The notes under the pieces were generated by a model. The model ran no database searches. It had not been told where the DNA came from and worked only from the letters and a program-made list of their open reading frames with translations. Shown piece after piece: positions 40,590-48,784 of a DNA stretch of 64,000 nucleotides. The DNA comes from an uncultured Acidimicrobiaceae bacterium. Lineage in GTDB: Bacteria > Actinomycetota > Acidimicrobiia > Spongiisociales > UBA5794. A program made the position numbers and the translations under genes. Positions within the stretch are counted from its first letter, which is position 1. Each line of letters opens with the position of its first letter. The stretch is taken from NCBI GenBank assembly GCA_964387145.1, contig CAYLVM010000003.1, positions 2,407 to 66,406 of the forward strand, in the 5' to 3' direction.

Positions 40590-41468
40590 GTGAGTCTGCG
40601 CTCTCTCGAAGATGATCTATGCAAGATACCCGGCGTCGAAGGTGCCGAGATCGATGGTTCCGGGGATACCCCCGGCGGTCTCCGCATCAGGATCGCTGAG
40701 GGGACAGACCAGCGCGCTGTGGGTCAGGCCATCCGCCAGGTACTCACCAAGCACGGTCTCGGTACTGATACTCGTCTGCCTGGGGAGGACCAGAACGACG
40801 CGGGAGCTGTCACGGCGCCCGGCGAGACCGCGACAGAAGTAGCAGCGGTCGAGGCTGTTGCCGAGGCGGCCCTCGACGTCCGAACATCCACCGTCGCGGT
40901 CATCGAGGACGAGGGCGGAGAGGAACCCGGGTCCACCATCGTGGATCTGACTGAGCACGCCGACGACGAGCATGAGGAACGAGACGATGGCGCCGGAGAG
41001 GACTCCGGCGCTGAGGAGCCACCGATCGAGGAGGTCGCGGACGCTGTGGAAGCATCACCATCTCCCGGATCATGGGTGGCTGCCGGACTTGATCCCGTTG
41101 CTCCCCGTGTCTCCGATGGCCCTCCAGGGTCCGGTGTCATTGCAAAGCTGGATCGTGTCGCCGTCGAGGAAGCCCGCAACGGCATCTCGGTGACGGTGTC
41201 AACGACAGACGGTCGCACCGCGACCGAGCCCGCTTCGAGCACAGAAGGTGGCGTCGAGGCCGCGGTGGTCAAGGCAGCAGCGAAGCTGGCACGGCCCGGT
41301 ACGCCCGCCCCGAGCATCGTGGAGATCGAAGACCGCAGGATCGAGGGGGTCGACGTTGTCATGATCGTCCTTAACGTCGACGGCACCCTTGCAGTTGGTG
41401 CCGCGATCGTCGTCGCAGGGCGGTCGTTCGCTCTCGGCCGTGCAACCTGGGCCGCACTCTCGATGTAG
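40590..41468 (+). CDS. acidic low-complexity hypothetical protein
   Basis: GTG start after a GGGAGG RBS; Glu/Asp/Ala-rich middle; structured N- and C-terminal segments; no confident family. Confidence 0.45.
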   Translation: MSLRSLEDDLCKIPGVEGAEIDGSGDTPGGLRIRIAEGTDQRAVGQAIRQVLTKHGLGTDTRLPGEDQNDAGAVTAPGETATEVAAVEAVAEAALDVRTSTVAVIEDEGGEEPGSTIVDLTEHADDEHEERDDGAGEDSGAEEPPIEEVADAVEASPSPGSWVAAGLDPVAPRVSDGPPGSGVIAKLDRVAVEEARNGISVTVSTTDGRTATEPASSTEGGVEAAVVKAAAKLARPGTPAPSIVEIEDRRIEGVDVVMIVLNVDGTLAVGAAIVVAGRSFALGRATWAALSM

Positions 41469-41473
41469 GTAGA

Positions 41474-41498
41474 GGTATCTGGTACTTGGTATCTGGTA
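41474..41498. repeat. direct repeat of the 11-mer GGTATCTGGTA (two copies, 3-nt spacer)
   Basis: Starts 6 nt after the stop of the acidic hypothetical gene. Confidence 0.5.
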
Positions 41499-41530
41499 GT
41501 TGGAGGATCAGCGGGTGGGGAGCATCCGTT

Positions 41531-41621
41531 CTCCGTTTACCGACTACCGGCGACTCGCAAGCACCCAGGAACAGTCCGGTTTTCCGACTGTGATCTGTGA
41601 TCTGTGAACTGTCAACTCACC
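41531..41621. repeat. left imperfect inverted repeat (heptamers + TCGGAAAACCGGACTGTTC + GCCGGTA..GGTAAACGG)
   Basis: Reverse complement of 41531..41621 aligns with 42771..42843, with 19/21 identity in the TCGGAAAMCCGGACTGYTC block. Confidence 0.6.
41586..41621. repeat. tandem heptamer array GACTGT GATCTGT GATCTGT GAACTGT CAACTCA (site B)
   Basis: Downstream of the recombinase-like gene; part of the left inverted repeat. Confidence 0.7.
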
Positions 41622-41644
41622 GGCGATCGAGTCACTCAGGTCGC

Positions 41645-42181
41645 TCAGGGAGTGGCGTGGAGTTGGATGATGACGTCGGTGGGGTCGTCGAGTTCTTGTG
41701 CGAGGTCGGTAGGGTCGAGGGATTCGACCGGGGCAGGCTCGACGGTGGGAACGGCGTCGTTGCTCAGCCCATAGGCTCCCTGATACTGATGGACCTTCGC
41801 AACGATGTCGCGCACGATCATCCGGGTGTGATCGTCGGCGGCGTCGCGCAGTGCCTCGAGGTCGTGCTCGTCGGTGGCGATCACCGTCGCACCGGCTTCC
41901 TTGATATCGACGATGATGATCTCCTGGGTCACCACATCGGGGGAGAGGGCAGCGAGGTTTCCCACGACGACGGCATCGACCCGACCGGCACGCACGATGT
42001 CGAGCAGAGCTCTGAGTCCCGGGCGGTCGAACGCCGTGCTCGCCGCTCGATGATCCTGGCACACCACGATGAGTTCATGGCCGGCGTCACGGACCCACCG
42101 TCGTACCCGCTCGCTCTGAGCGAACGCGCTATCCGGGTCTGTGTGCCCTGGGGCCTGCCTGACGTAGCCAGCGATGTTCAC
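41645..42181 (-). CDS. resolvase/serine-recombinase N-terminal-domain-like protein, predicted catalytically inactive
   Basis: Resolvase-fold pattern (VNIAGYVRQ..., DRPGLRALLDIVRAGRVDAVVVGNLAALSPD); the nucleophile Ser is replaced (YVRQA versus YARVS), the D67/R68 equivalents are replaced, and there is no C-terminal HTH; GTG start after a GGAAGG RBS. Confidence 0.55.
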   Translation of the reverse strand: MNIAGYVRQAPGHTDPDSAFAQSERVRRWVRDAGHELIVVCQDHRAASTAFDRPGLRALLDIVRAGRVDAVVVGNLAALSPDVVTQEIIIVDIKEAGATVIATDEHDLEALRDAADDHTRMIVRDIVAKVHQYQGAYGLSNDAVPTVEPAPVESLDPTDLAQELDDPTDVIIQLHATP

Positions 42182-42290
42182 GTGATGCCTTCCTGACCAA
42201 CTCAGTATCGCAGGTGTGCGATGCGCGTTCAATCATCGTCACAGAGTGGTCGGAGATCTTCCCGGGATCGGGTGGTACGCTGGCGCGATC

Positions 42291-42803
42291 GTGGTGCGAA
42301 CACTGGTGCTCAACGCGAGTAACGAGCCGCTGTCGGTGGTTGCGGCTCGACGCGCCATCGTGCTGCTCTACCGTGAGCGTGCCGACCTCGTTGCACGCAG
42401 CAACCGCGTATGGCACGCAGAATCTGTGTCGTTCGCTGTGCCATCGGTCGTCCGCCTTCGCCGCTATGTGCCCGTGCCATACAAGCGATCGATCCCGATC
42501 TCTCGACGGGCGATCTTCCTTCGTGACGACCATAGGTGTCAGTACTGCGGTCGACGAGCAGAGAACATCGATCACGTCATCCCGAAGGTGCAGGGGGGAG
42601 AGCACATCTGGGAGAACGTCGTGGCATCCTGCCAGCGGTGCAACTCTCGTAAGGGGGGACGGACGCCGTTGCAGGCCGGCCTGACACTCATCCGCACGCC
42701 TGTGCGGCCCGGCCGATTCGACTGGGTGTACGTGGCAGCCGGCGGTTACGCCGACGGTACCTGGCAACCGTTCATCGGTTCACAGTTGACCGTTCACAGT
42801 TGA
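42291..42803 (+). CDS. HNH endonuclease (McrA-like small HNH family)
   Basis: RTLVLNASNEPL N-terminus; HNH motif CQYCGRRAENIDHVIPKVQGGEHIWENVVASCQRCNSRKG; start taken at GTG 42291; the last ~10 codons run into the heptamer array. Confidence 0.7.
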   Translation: MVRTLVLNASNEPLSVVAARRAIVLLYRERADLVARSNRVWHAESVSFAVPSVVRLRRYVPVPYKRSIPISRRAIFLRDDHRCQYCGRRAENIDHVIPKVQGGEHIWENVVASCQRCNSRKGGRTPLQAGLTLIRTPVRPGRFDWVYVAAGGYADGTWQPFIGSQLTVHS

Positions 42804-42804
42804 C
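42771..42804. repeat. tandem heptamer array on the opposite strand: TTCACAG TTGACCG TTCACAG TTGACAG TTCACC (site C)
   Basis: Reverse complement of the GAACTGT units; overlaps the last codons of the HNH gene; part of the right inverted repeat. Confidence 0.7.
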
Positions 42805-42843
42805 AGTTCACCCTCGGAAACCCGGACTGCTCACGTGCTGCCG
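42771..42843. repeat. right imperfect inverted repeat partner
   Basis: Heptamers, then TCGGAAACCCGGACTGCTC, then TGCCGGTAAACGG, in the same module-proximal to module-distal order as the left repeat. Confidence 0.6.
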
Positions 42844-42887
42844 GTAAACGGCTGCTTCCTGCCCGCGCTTTCTTGCAGTGCGGATGT

Positions 42888-43400
42888 CTAGCGTACGACG
42901 AGGACCGGGACGACGGAGCGCCGGACGAGCTTGGCTCCCGTCGAGCCGAGGAGGCCCTGGAACGCGCCGTGGCCGTGGGACCCGATGACCACCACGTCGG
43001 CGTCGATCTCGGTGCACAAAGAGATGATGTCCGAAGCGACGTCCTCGCCCTCTCGGACGATGGATTCGACGGTTCCACCGAGTGCGCGGATGGCCTCGGC
43101 AACGGGACGGGCGATCTCGACACGCTTGTTCCCGAGGTACTGCTCGATGACCTTGTCGTCGCCGGGCCACCCCATCGGAGGTGTCGTATCGACGCTGGGC
43201 GAGGTCACATACTCGGCGTCGGAGTCGACGGTGACCCCCGCCTGCTCGCCGTACTGAGTCCGCAGCTCCTGTACCAGACGTCTCGGTATGCGAACGATCG
43301 TCGCAACAGTGGTCTCTCCGTCCGCGCCGGCGAGTGCCATGGCGAACTTCGCTGCCTCATCGATATCAAGGGTTCCGTCGGTGGCGACCAGTACGTGCAT
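42888..43400 (-). CDS. universal stress protein
   Basis: 170 aa; UspA pattern (VLVATDGT...VVVIGSHGHGAFQGLLGSTGAKLVRRSVVPVLVV); GGGAGGA RBS; the long 5' extension in the ORF track is not coding. Confidence 0.8.
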   Translation of the reverse strand: MHVLVATDGTLDIDEAAKFAMALAGADGETTVATIVRIPRRLVQELRTQYGEQAGVTVDSDAEYVTSPSVDTTPPMGWPGDDKVIEQYLGNKRVEIARPVAEAIRALGGTVESIVREGEDVASDIISLCTEIDADVVVIGSHGHGAFQGLLGSTGAKLVRRSVVPVLVVR

Positions 43401-43496
43401 GTGGCGGTTCCTCCCGTGTGCCTGCTTCCAGGCTAGGCGAGTCCGTCCCCGATGTGCGGCACCGTTGGCCCGGGGTCGCTCGAATGGGGCGAAAGG

Positions 43497-43540
43497 GTTG
43501 ACAAGTGGCGCGAAGTGGGCCATAGTGGGGGCCTGTGGGA
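43497..43540 (+). promoter_or_regulatory. mraZ promoter (-35 TTGACA, -10 CATAGT) with four GTGG(G/C) direct repeats at 10-bp spacing (candidate MraZ boxes)
   Basis: TTGACA at 43497, then 17 nt, then CATAGT; GTGGC/GTGGG at 43505, 43515, 43525 and 43535. Confidence 0.5.
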
Positions 43541-43571
43541 GATTGTACGGAGATGATGGAGACCGCGACCG

Positions 43572-44003
43572 ATGTTCCTTGGGGAGTACAGCCATTCGCT
43601 CGATCAAAAGGGTCGAGTCGTCATGCCTTCGAAGTTCCGACCGGGACTCGAGGACGGCTGCGTCGTGACCAAGGGACAGGAGCGTTGTCTCTACGTCTTT
43701 CCTCTCGATCGTTGGGATGGGGAGGCCGAGCGGGTACTCAAGCTTCCGCGTATGGATCGGCGGGCCAGAAGGTACGCACGGTCGTTCTTTGCCTCGGCGA
43801 GCGACCAGACCCTCGACAGGGCTGGACGCTGCCAGATCCCCGAATCCCTCAGAACGTACGCGGGGCTCGACAAGGACGTGACGGTGGTCGGCGTGGCTGA
43901 TCACATCGAGATCTGGGACACCCCGACGTGGGAGGCCGCTTCGAGTGATGCCGACGAGTACTACTCGGGTATCGAAGAGGTCTTGTCCGAGGAAGGAAGA
44001 TGA
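43572..44003 (+). CDS. mraZ: transcriptional regulator MraZ
   Basis: 143 aa with duplicated MraZ domains (MFLGEYSHSLDQKGRVVMP...). Confidence 0.9.
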   Translation: MFLGEYSHSLDQKGRVVMPSKFRPGLEDGCVVTKGQERCLYVFPLDRWDGEAERVLKLPRMDRRARRYARSFFASASDQTLDRAGRCQIPESLRTYAGLDKDVTVVGVADHIEIWDTPTWEAASSDADEYYSGIEEVLSEEGR

Positions 44004-44123
44004 CACAGAACCACAACGATGAATCACAGTGGGCTGGCTCGTGGTCAGTCCCCCGGATGCCAATTGGGAGGCCCCTTACTCCGCCCGCTTCCATCTTGGC
44101 GCCAGCGCTCCGGGGGACTGACC

Positions 44124-45059
44124 ATGGATCAGCCCACAGCACACGAACCGGCGTATCACGTCCCGGTCATGGTCAGCGAGGTAGTCGAGTGGTTCGCACC
44201 GGTCTCGTCCGGTTGGATCGTCGATGCGACGTTCGGTGGGGGAGGACACAGTCGTGCTCTCCTCGATGAGTATCCCGATCTTCGCGTTGTGGGCATCGAT
44301 CGTGACCCCGATGCTCTCGCACAAGCAGCGGACCATGATCGTCTCAGACTCGTTTCGGCGAACTACCGTGATCTCCCTTCGATTCTTGGGACGCGTGGCC
44401 TACCCGATCGTGTCGATGGCATCCTTCTCGATCTCGGCGTTTCGTCGCACCAGCTCGATGATCCCGAGCGGGGATTCTCGTACCACCGCGCAGGCCCCCT
44501 CGACATGCGGATGGGAACGGATGTCGACATCACAGCCGGGCAACTCGTCAACACCGCTTCGGCCGGTGAGCTCGAACAGATCATCTCGCGTTACGGTGAA
44601 GAGCGCTTCGCTCGCCGTATCGCCGACGCCATCGTCTCTGAGAGGCCGTTCGGCGACACGACGTCGCTCGCTGGCTGTGTCGCCGAGGCCGTTCCTGCCC
44701 CAGCACGGCGAAGCGGGCACCCCGCTCGAAAGACCTTCCAAGCGCTTCGGATCGCTGTCAACGATGAGCTATCGGGAGTCGAGGCCGTCATGGGGACGGT
44801 CTTTGACTGTCTCACCGTTGGAGGGCGAGTCGTCGTGATGGCGTACCACTCCCTCGAGGATCGCATCGTGAAGCGAGCGATGAAGGAGCGTGCCCGCGGG
44901 TGCGTATGCCCACCGGATCTTCCGATATGTGTCTGTGGCTCGCAACCCGACGTCAGGGTGCTCACCCGAAAGGCAGTTCGACCGTCCCAGGACGAGATCG
45001 AGAGGAACCCCCGAGCGCGAAGCGCTGTGTTGCGCGTCGCTGAAAAGGTGGCACCATGA
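44124..45059 (+). CDS. rsmH: 16S rRNA (cytosine1402-N4)-methyltransferase
   Basis: HVPVM, DATFGGGGHS, DLGVSSHQLD motifs; start at the internal ATG 44124. Confidence 0.9.
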   Translation: MDQPTAHEPAYHVPVMVSEVVEWFAPVSSGWIVDATFGGGGHSRALLDEYPDLRVVGIDRDPDALAQAADHDRLRLVSANYRDLPSILGTRGLPDRVDGILLDLGVSSHQLDDPERGFSYHRAGPLDMRMGTDVDITAGQLVNTASAGELEQIISRYGEERFARRIADAIVSERPFGDTTSLAGCVAEAVPAPARRSGHPARKTFQALRIAVNDELSGVEAVMGTVFDCLTVGGRVVVMAYHSLEDRIVKRAMKERARGCVCPPDLPICVCGSQPDVRVLTRKAVRPSQDEIERNPRARSAVLRVAEKVAP

Positions 45060-45454
45060 CCGCTCAGGCAGTACCCCACGCGGTAGGTCGATCGACGCGG
45101 GTGACGGGGGCGACACAGCAAGGAGGACCGCGACTTCTCCCGCTTGCGTTCTTCACCGTCCTCGTCGTGGCAGTGTTCTTCTCGATGATCTATCTGCGCA
45201 TCGCTCTCGACCGGTCGGCGTTCGAGCTCGACACGATCACCGATCAGATCGCTTTCGAGGAGTCCCTCCAGCTCGATCTGCGTCTGGAGCTTGCTCAGCT
45301 CCAGGACCCCGAGCGCATCGCATACCAGGCCGAACAGATCGGCCTCGTCTACCCCGACGAGCGGGTGGCGATCGTCGTCGATGGCCTCAACCCACCGCCA
45401 GACGTTCTCGACCCGTTCACCCCGATACGAGCGCTGGACGACGGGACTCCGTGA
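45056..45454 (+). CDS. ftsL: cell division protein FtsL-like
   Basis: Single TM plus coiled-coil, 132 aa, between rsmH and ftsI; ATGA overlap with rsmH. Confidence 0.7.
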   Translation: MTAQAVPHAVGRSTRVTGATQQGGPRLLPLAFFTVLVVAVFFSMIYLRIALDRSAFELDTITDQIAFEESLQLDLRLELAQLQDPERIAYQAEQIGLVYPDERVAIVVDGLNPPPDVLDPFTPIRALDDGTP

Positions 45455-45564
45455 TGAAGAGAACCGATACTCGATCCCGACACTGAGAACGGAGCACAGA
45501 TGACGAACTGGCCGAACGCTGGCGGCTGGATCTCGAGGCAGCACGATGACATCGGAGTGAGTTC

Positions 45565-47304
45565 ATGAAGCCACGCATCTGGAATCGTGGTGATCTCAGG
45601 CTGCTCGTTGTCGGTCTCGCCTTCGTCGTTGCATGGACGGGCATCGGTTACCGCCTCTTCGACCTCCAAGGAGCGCAAGCGGCCAGGATGGCGAGTGTCG
45701 GATTCGATCAACGCATCAAGACCCAGCCGATCCCTGCAGCGCGAGGGACGATCTACGACAGGGACGGTGTCGAGCTCGCGATGACGATCGACGGGTACAA
45801 CGTCGTCGTTGACCCCCAGCTGCTCGAAGACACAGCCGTAGCGGCAGCGGTGCTGGCACCTTTCTCTGAGCTCGACGAGCAGGCGCTCGCTTCGAAGCTT
45901 GCCGCAGCCCAGGCGTCGGGAAGCAGGTATGCCGAGATCGCCATGCGAGTGCCGACGGCAGTCAAGACCGAGATCGCAGCGGCTGTGAACGACGCCGACC
46001 TCACCGGTGTGTTCTACAGGAAGCAGCCGCTGCGAGTGTACCCGGCAGGTGCCGTCGCAGCTCAGGTCATCGGACTGACCCGATACGACGACGGCAGCGG
46101 GGTCGAAGGCCTCGAGCGTACATTCGACTCGGAGCTCCAGGGTCGTCCGGGACGCATGATCGTCGAGCGTGACCCCTACGGTCGTGTCATCCCTCAGGGA
46201 GAGACCCGTCTCGATCCGGCCGTGCCAGGATCGAACCTCGTCACCACGATCGACAGAGAGATCCAGTTCGCCGCCGAACAGGCACTTCGAAAAGCCATCG
46301 CTCGCACGTCGGCGCTTGGCGGCACCGTGGTCGTTCTGTCACCTGAGACCGGAGAGATCCTCGCCATGGCAAGCTGGCCGAGCGTCGATCTCAACGATCG
46401 TGCGTCCGCAACACCCGATGCCCTGCGCAACCGGGCGGTAGCAGACGTGTACGAACCCGGATCGACGCTCAAGGCGGTAACCGTCGCGGCGGCGATCGAC
46501 GCGGGGATCGTCACGAAGGACACCGTCATCGATACTCCGCCGACGGTCACCATCGGCGAGTTCCAGTACGCAGATCACGGACGAAACCGCCCCTACATGA
46601 GCGTTGCCGACGTCGTGAAGCGTTCATCGAACGTTGGCGCCATCGAGATCGAGCGCAGGCTCGGTCCTGAGCTCCACTACGAGTACCTGACGAAGTTCGG
46701 CCTCGGGAGCCCGTCGAGCATCGACGTCGCCGGCGAGCGTCACGGGAAGCTCGACCCCACATCGGAGTGGACGGCGACCACGGGATCCTCGATCGCGATC
46801 GGGTACGCGGTCGGGACCACGGCCTTGCAGATGGCAGCGGTCTACGCAACGATCGCCAATGACGGCGTGTGGGTGGAACCGTACGTCGTGAGTGAGATCC
46901 AGCAGGCCGATGGCAGCCGCCTGCTCACCAAGCCGCGAACCCGACAGGTTCTCACGGTCGAGACCGCCCAGACGATGCGTTGGATGCTCGGGCGGGTCGT
47001 CATGGAAGAGGGAACGGGGCGCCGAGCCAGGATGACCGATTACACGGCTGGAGGCAAGACGGGTACCAGCCAGAAGTTCGATTCTGAGACGGGTGTCTAT
47101 ACGGAGAGCACGACGGCGTCGTTCATCGGGATGGCTCCGCTCGACGACCCGAAGATCGTCATCGCCATCGTGCTGGATGCGCCACAGGGCAAAGGGGACG
47201 ATGGTGTGGATCTCTCTCTCGGGGGTGCCTCTGCTGCCCCCGTCTTTGCCGAGGTGGCCCAGACGGCTCTTCACCAGCTCGGTGTGGCACCCGATCGGAG
47301 ATGA
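45565..47304 (+). CDS. ftsI: peptidoglycan D,D-transpeptidase FtsI (class B PBP)
   Basis: TM anchor, PBP dimerisation domain, STLK, SSN and KTG(T) motifs. Confidence 0.85.
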   Translation: MKPRIWNRGDLRLLVVGLAFVVAWTGIGYRLFDLQGAQAARMASVGFDQRIKTQPIPAARGTIYDRDGVELAMTIDGYNVVVDPQLLEDTAVAAAVLAPFSELDEQALASKLAAAQASGSRYAEIAMRVPTAVKTEIAAAVNDADLTGVFYRKQPLRVYPAGAVAAQVIGLTRYDDGSGVEGLERTFDSELQGRPGRMIVERDPYGRVIPQGETRLDPAVPGSNLVTTIDREIQFAAEQALRKAIARTSALGGTVVVLSPETGEILAMASWPSVDLNDRASATPDALRNRAVADVYEPGSTLKAVTVAAAIDAGIVTKDTVIDTPPTVTIGEFQYADHGRNRPYMSVADVVKRSSNVGAIEIERRLGPELHYEYLTKFGLGSPSSIDVAGERHGKLDPTSEWTATTGSSIAIGYAVGTTALQMAAVYATIANDGVWVEPYVVSEIQQADGSRLLTKPRTRQVLTVETAQTMRWMLGRVVMEEGTGRRARMTDYTAGGKTGTSQKFDSETGVYTESTTASFIGMAPLDDPKIVIAIVLDAPQGKGDDGVDLSLGGASAAPVFAEVAQTALHQLGVAPDRR

Positions 47305-47305
47305 G

Positions 47306-48784
47306 ATGCCAGGTTACGGTGCCACACTCGAGGAGATCGCTGCATCGCTTGACGATGTGATATCGATCACGCGTCCACAGACCGTCGTGTTGTCGGTCAC
47401 CCATGACTCACGCAAGGTGGCACCCGGTTCCCTCTTCGTTGCGATCCCAGGGGCCACGAGCGATGGGCATCGCTTCATCGATTCGGCTGTCGAAGCAGGA
47501 GCGGTTGCGGTTCTCTCCGAGCACTCGATCGAGCCGGACGTGGGCTGTATCGTCGTCCCCGACACGAGGGCCGCCATGGCGTGGGCCGCCAACATCGTGT
47601 ACGACAGGCCCGACGAGGATCTCACGCTCGTCGGGATCACCGGGACGAACGGCAAGACGACGGTGTCGCACATGTGCGAGTCGATATGGCGGTCGGCCGG
47701 GCGCAAGGTGGGTGTGATCGGAACGCTCGGAGCGAGGATAGATGGCGAGCCGGAACCGATCGATCGGACGACCCCTGAATCTTCCGACCTCCAGGAACTC
47801 CTCGCGATGATGCGCGACGTCGATGTGGAGGTCGTCGCCATGGAGGTCTCCTCTCATGCAATGGAGCTGCATCGTGCCGATGCCATCACCTTCGAGGTTG
47901 TCGCCTTCACCAACCTGTCTCAGGACCACCTCGACTTTCACGGTGACATGGCGACGTATTTTGGAGCGAAGGCAGCGCTCTTCGATACCGACCGCGCACG
48001 CATGGGCATCATCAACATCGATGACGCGTACGGCCGGCGCCTGGTCGAGATGTGCACCGTACCCAGTGTGACCGTGGGGGCATCTGGGGATGCCGACTTT
48101 CGATTTCGTGATGTGGAGGGAACTCCTGAGAGGACGAGTTTCGTTCTCGAATACGATGATCGACGACTTGCACTCGGGATCCCCGTGATGGGATCGTTCA
48201 ACGTCGCGAACGCTGCAATTGCAGCAACGATCGCGATCTCCCTCGAGACTCCGACCGATGCGATCGTGAGTGGCCTCGCCTCCCTCCCGGTCGTCGATGG
48301 TCGGATGGAGGTGATCGAGCACGGTGGTCCGTTCACGGTCATCGTCGACTATGCACACAGCCCCGGAGCGATCTCTGAGGTACTTCAGGCGGCCCGCAGC
48401 GTCGCGGGAAGGAACGTGATCGCCGTCATCGGAGCGGCCGGAGATCGTGACCGCGACAAGCGAGCATTGATGGGTGCCGCTGCCGTCCGATTCGCCGACC
48501 TCGTCATCATCACAAGCGACAACCCGAGATCTGAGGATCCCGCAGCGATCGCCAGAGAGGTCCAACGCGGAGCGGACACTGCTCCGGAGGCCAACGCTGT
48601 GACGGTGATCGATCGCCGGGAAGCCATCACCGCTGCGATCGATGCAGCGGAGGCTGGAGATATCGTTCTCATACTCGGCAAGGGCCACGAGCAAGGGATC
48701 GAGAGACACGGCGTGATCGAACCGTTCGACGACCGCGTGACTGCACGTGCTGTGCTGGACGCGCTTGGATGGAGAGCACCGTGA
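47306..48784 (+). CDS. murE: UDP-N-acetylmuramoyl-L-alanyl-D-glutamate--2,6-diaminopimelate ligase
   Basis: Mur ligase GTNGKTT and DNPR motifs; start ATG at 47306, 2 nt after the ftsI stop. Confidence 0.9.
   Translation: MPGYGATLEEIAASLDDVISITRPQTVVLSVTHDSRKVAPGSLFVAIPGATSDGHRFIDSAVEAGAVAVLSEHSIEPDVGCIVVPDTRAAMAWAANIVYDRPDEDLTLVGITGTNGKTTVSHMCESIWRSAGRKVGVIGTLGARIDGEPEPIDRTTPESSDLQELLAMMRDVDVEVVAMEVSSHAMELHRADAITFEVVAFTNLSQDHLDFHGDMATYFGAKAALFDTDRARMGIINIDDAYGRRLVEMCTVPSVTVGASGDADFRFRDVEGTPERTSFVLEYDDRRLALGIPVMGSFNVANAAIAATIAISLETPTDAIVSGLASLPVVDGRMEVIEHGGPFTVIVDYAHSPGAISEVLQAARSVAGRNVIAVIGAAGDRDRDKRALMGAAAVRFADLVIITSDNPRSEDPAAIAREVQRGADTAPEANAVTVIDRREAITAAIDAAEAGDIVLILGKGHEQGIERHGVIEPFDDRVTARAVLDALGWRAP

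Larger units (their letters stand above)
41531..42843. mobile_element. candidate cryptic mobile or invertible module: IR-L, recombinase-like gene (-), HNH endonuclease (+), IR-R
   Basis: About 1.3-kb segment bounded by ~80-90 bp inverted repeats, containing only a degenerate serine-recombinase-fold gene and an HNH nuclease, inserted between core blocks (MoxR operon and usp-dcw). Confidence 0.3.

Noticed and set aside
42771-42803. Sequence FIGSQLTVHS as the genuine C-terminus of the HNH endonuclease
   Set aside because: These codons are the heptamer array read in frame. The family normally ends a few residues after the W-x-P-(F/Y) segment, so the tail is probably repeat-derived or the gene is slightly shorter; not treated as a distinct feature.
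44019-44123. N-terminal extension of rsmH (MNHSGLARGQSPG...) and similar 5' extensions of murE, mraY, murD, murG, murC, fabH, fabG, fabF, pntAA, usp
   Set aside because: Orthologue N-termini align with internal ATG/GTG starts that have good RBS or stop-overlap coupling. The extensions overlap upstream genes and are Arg/Pro-rich.
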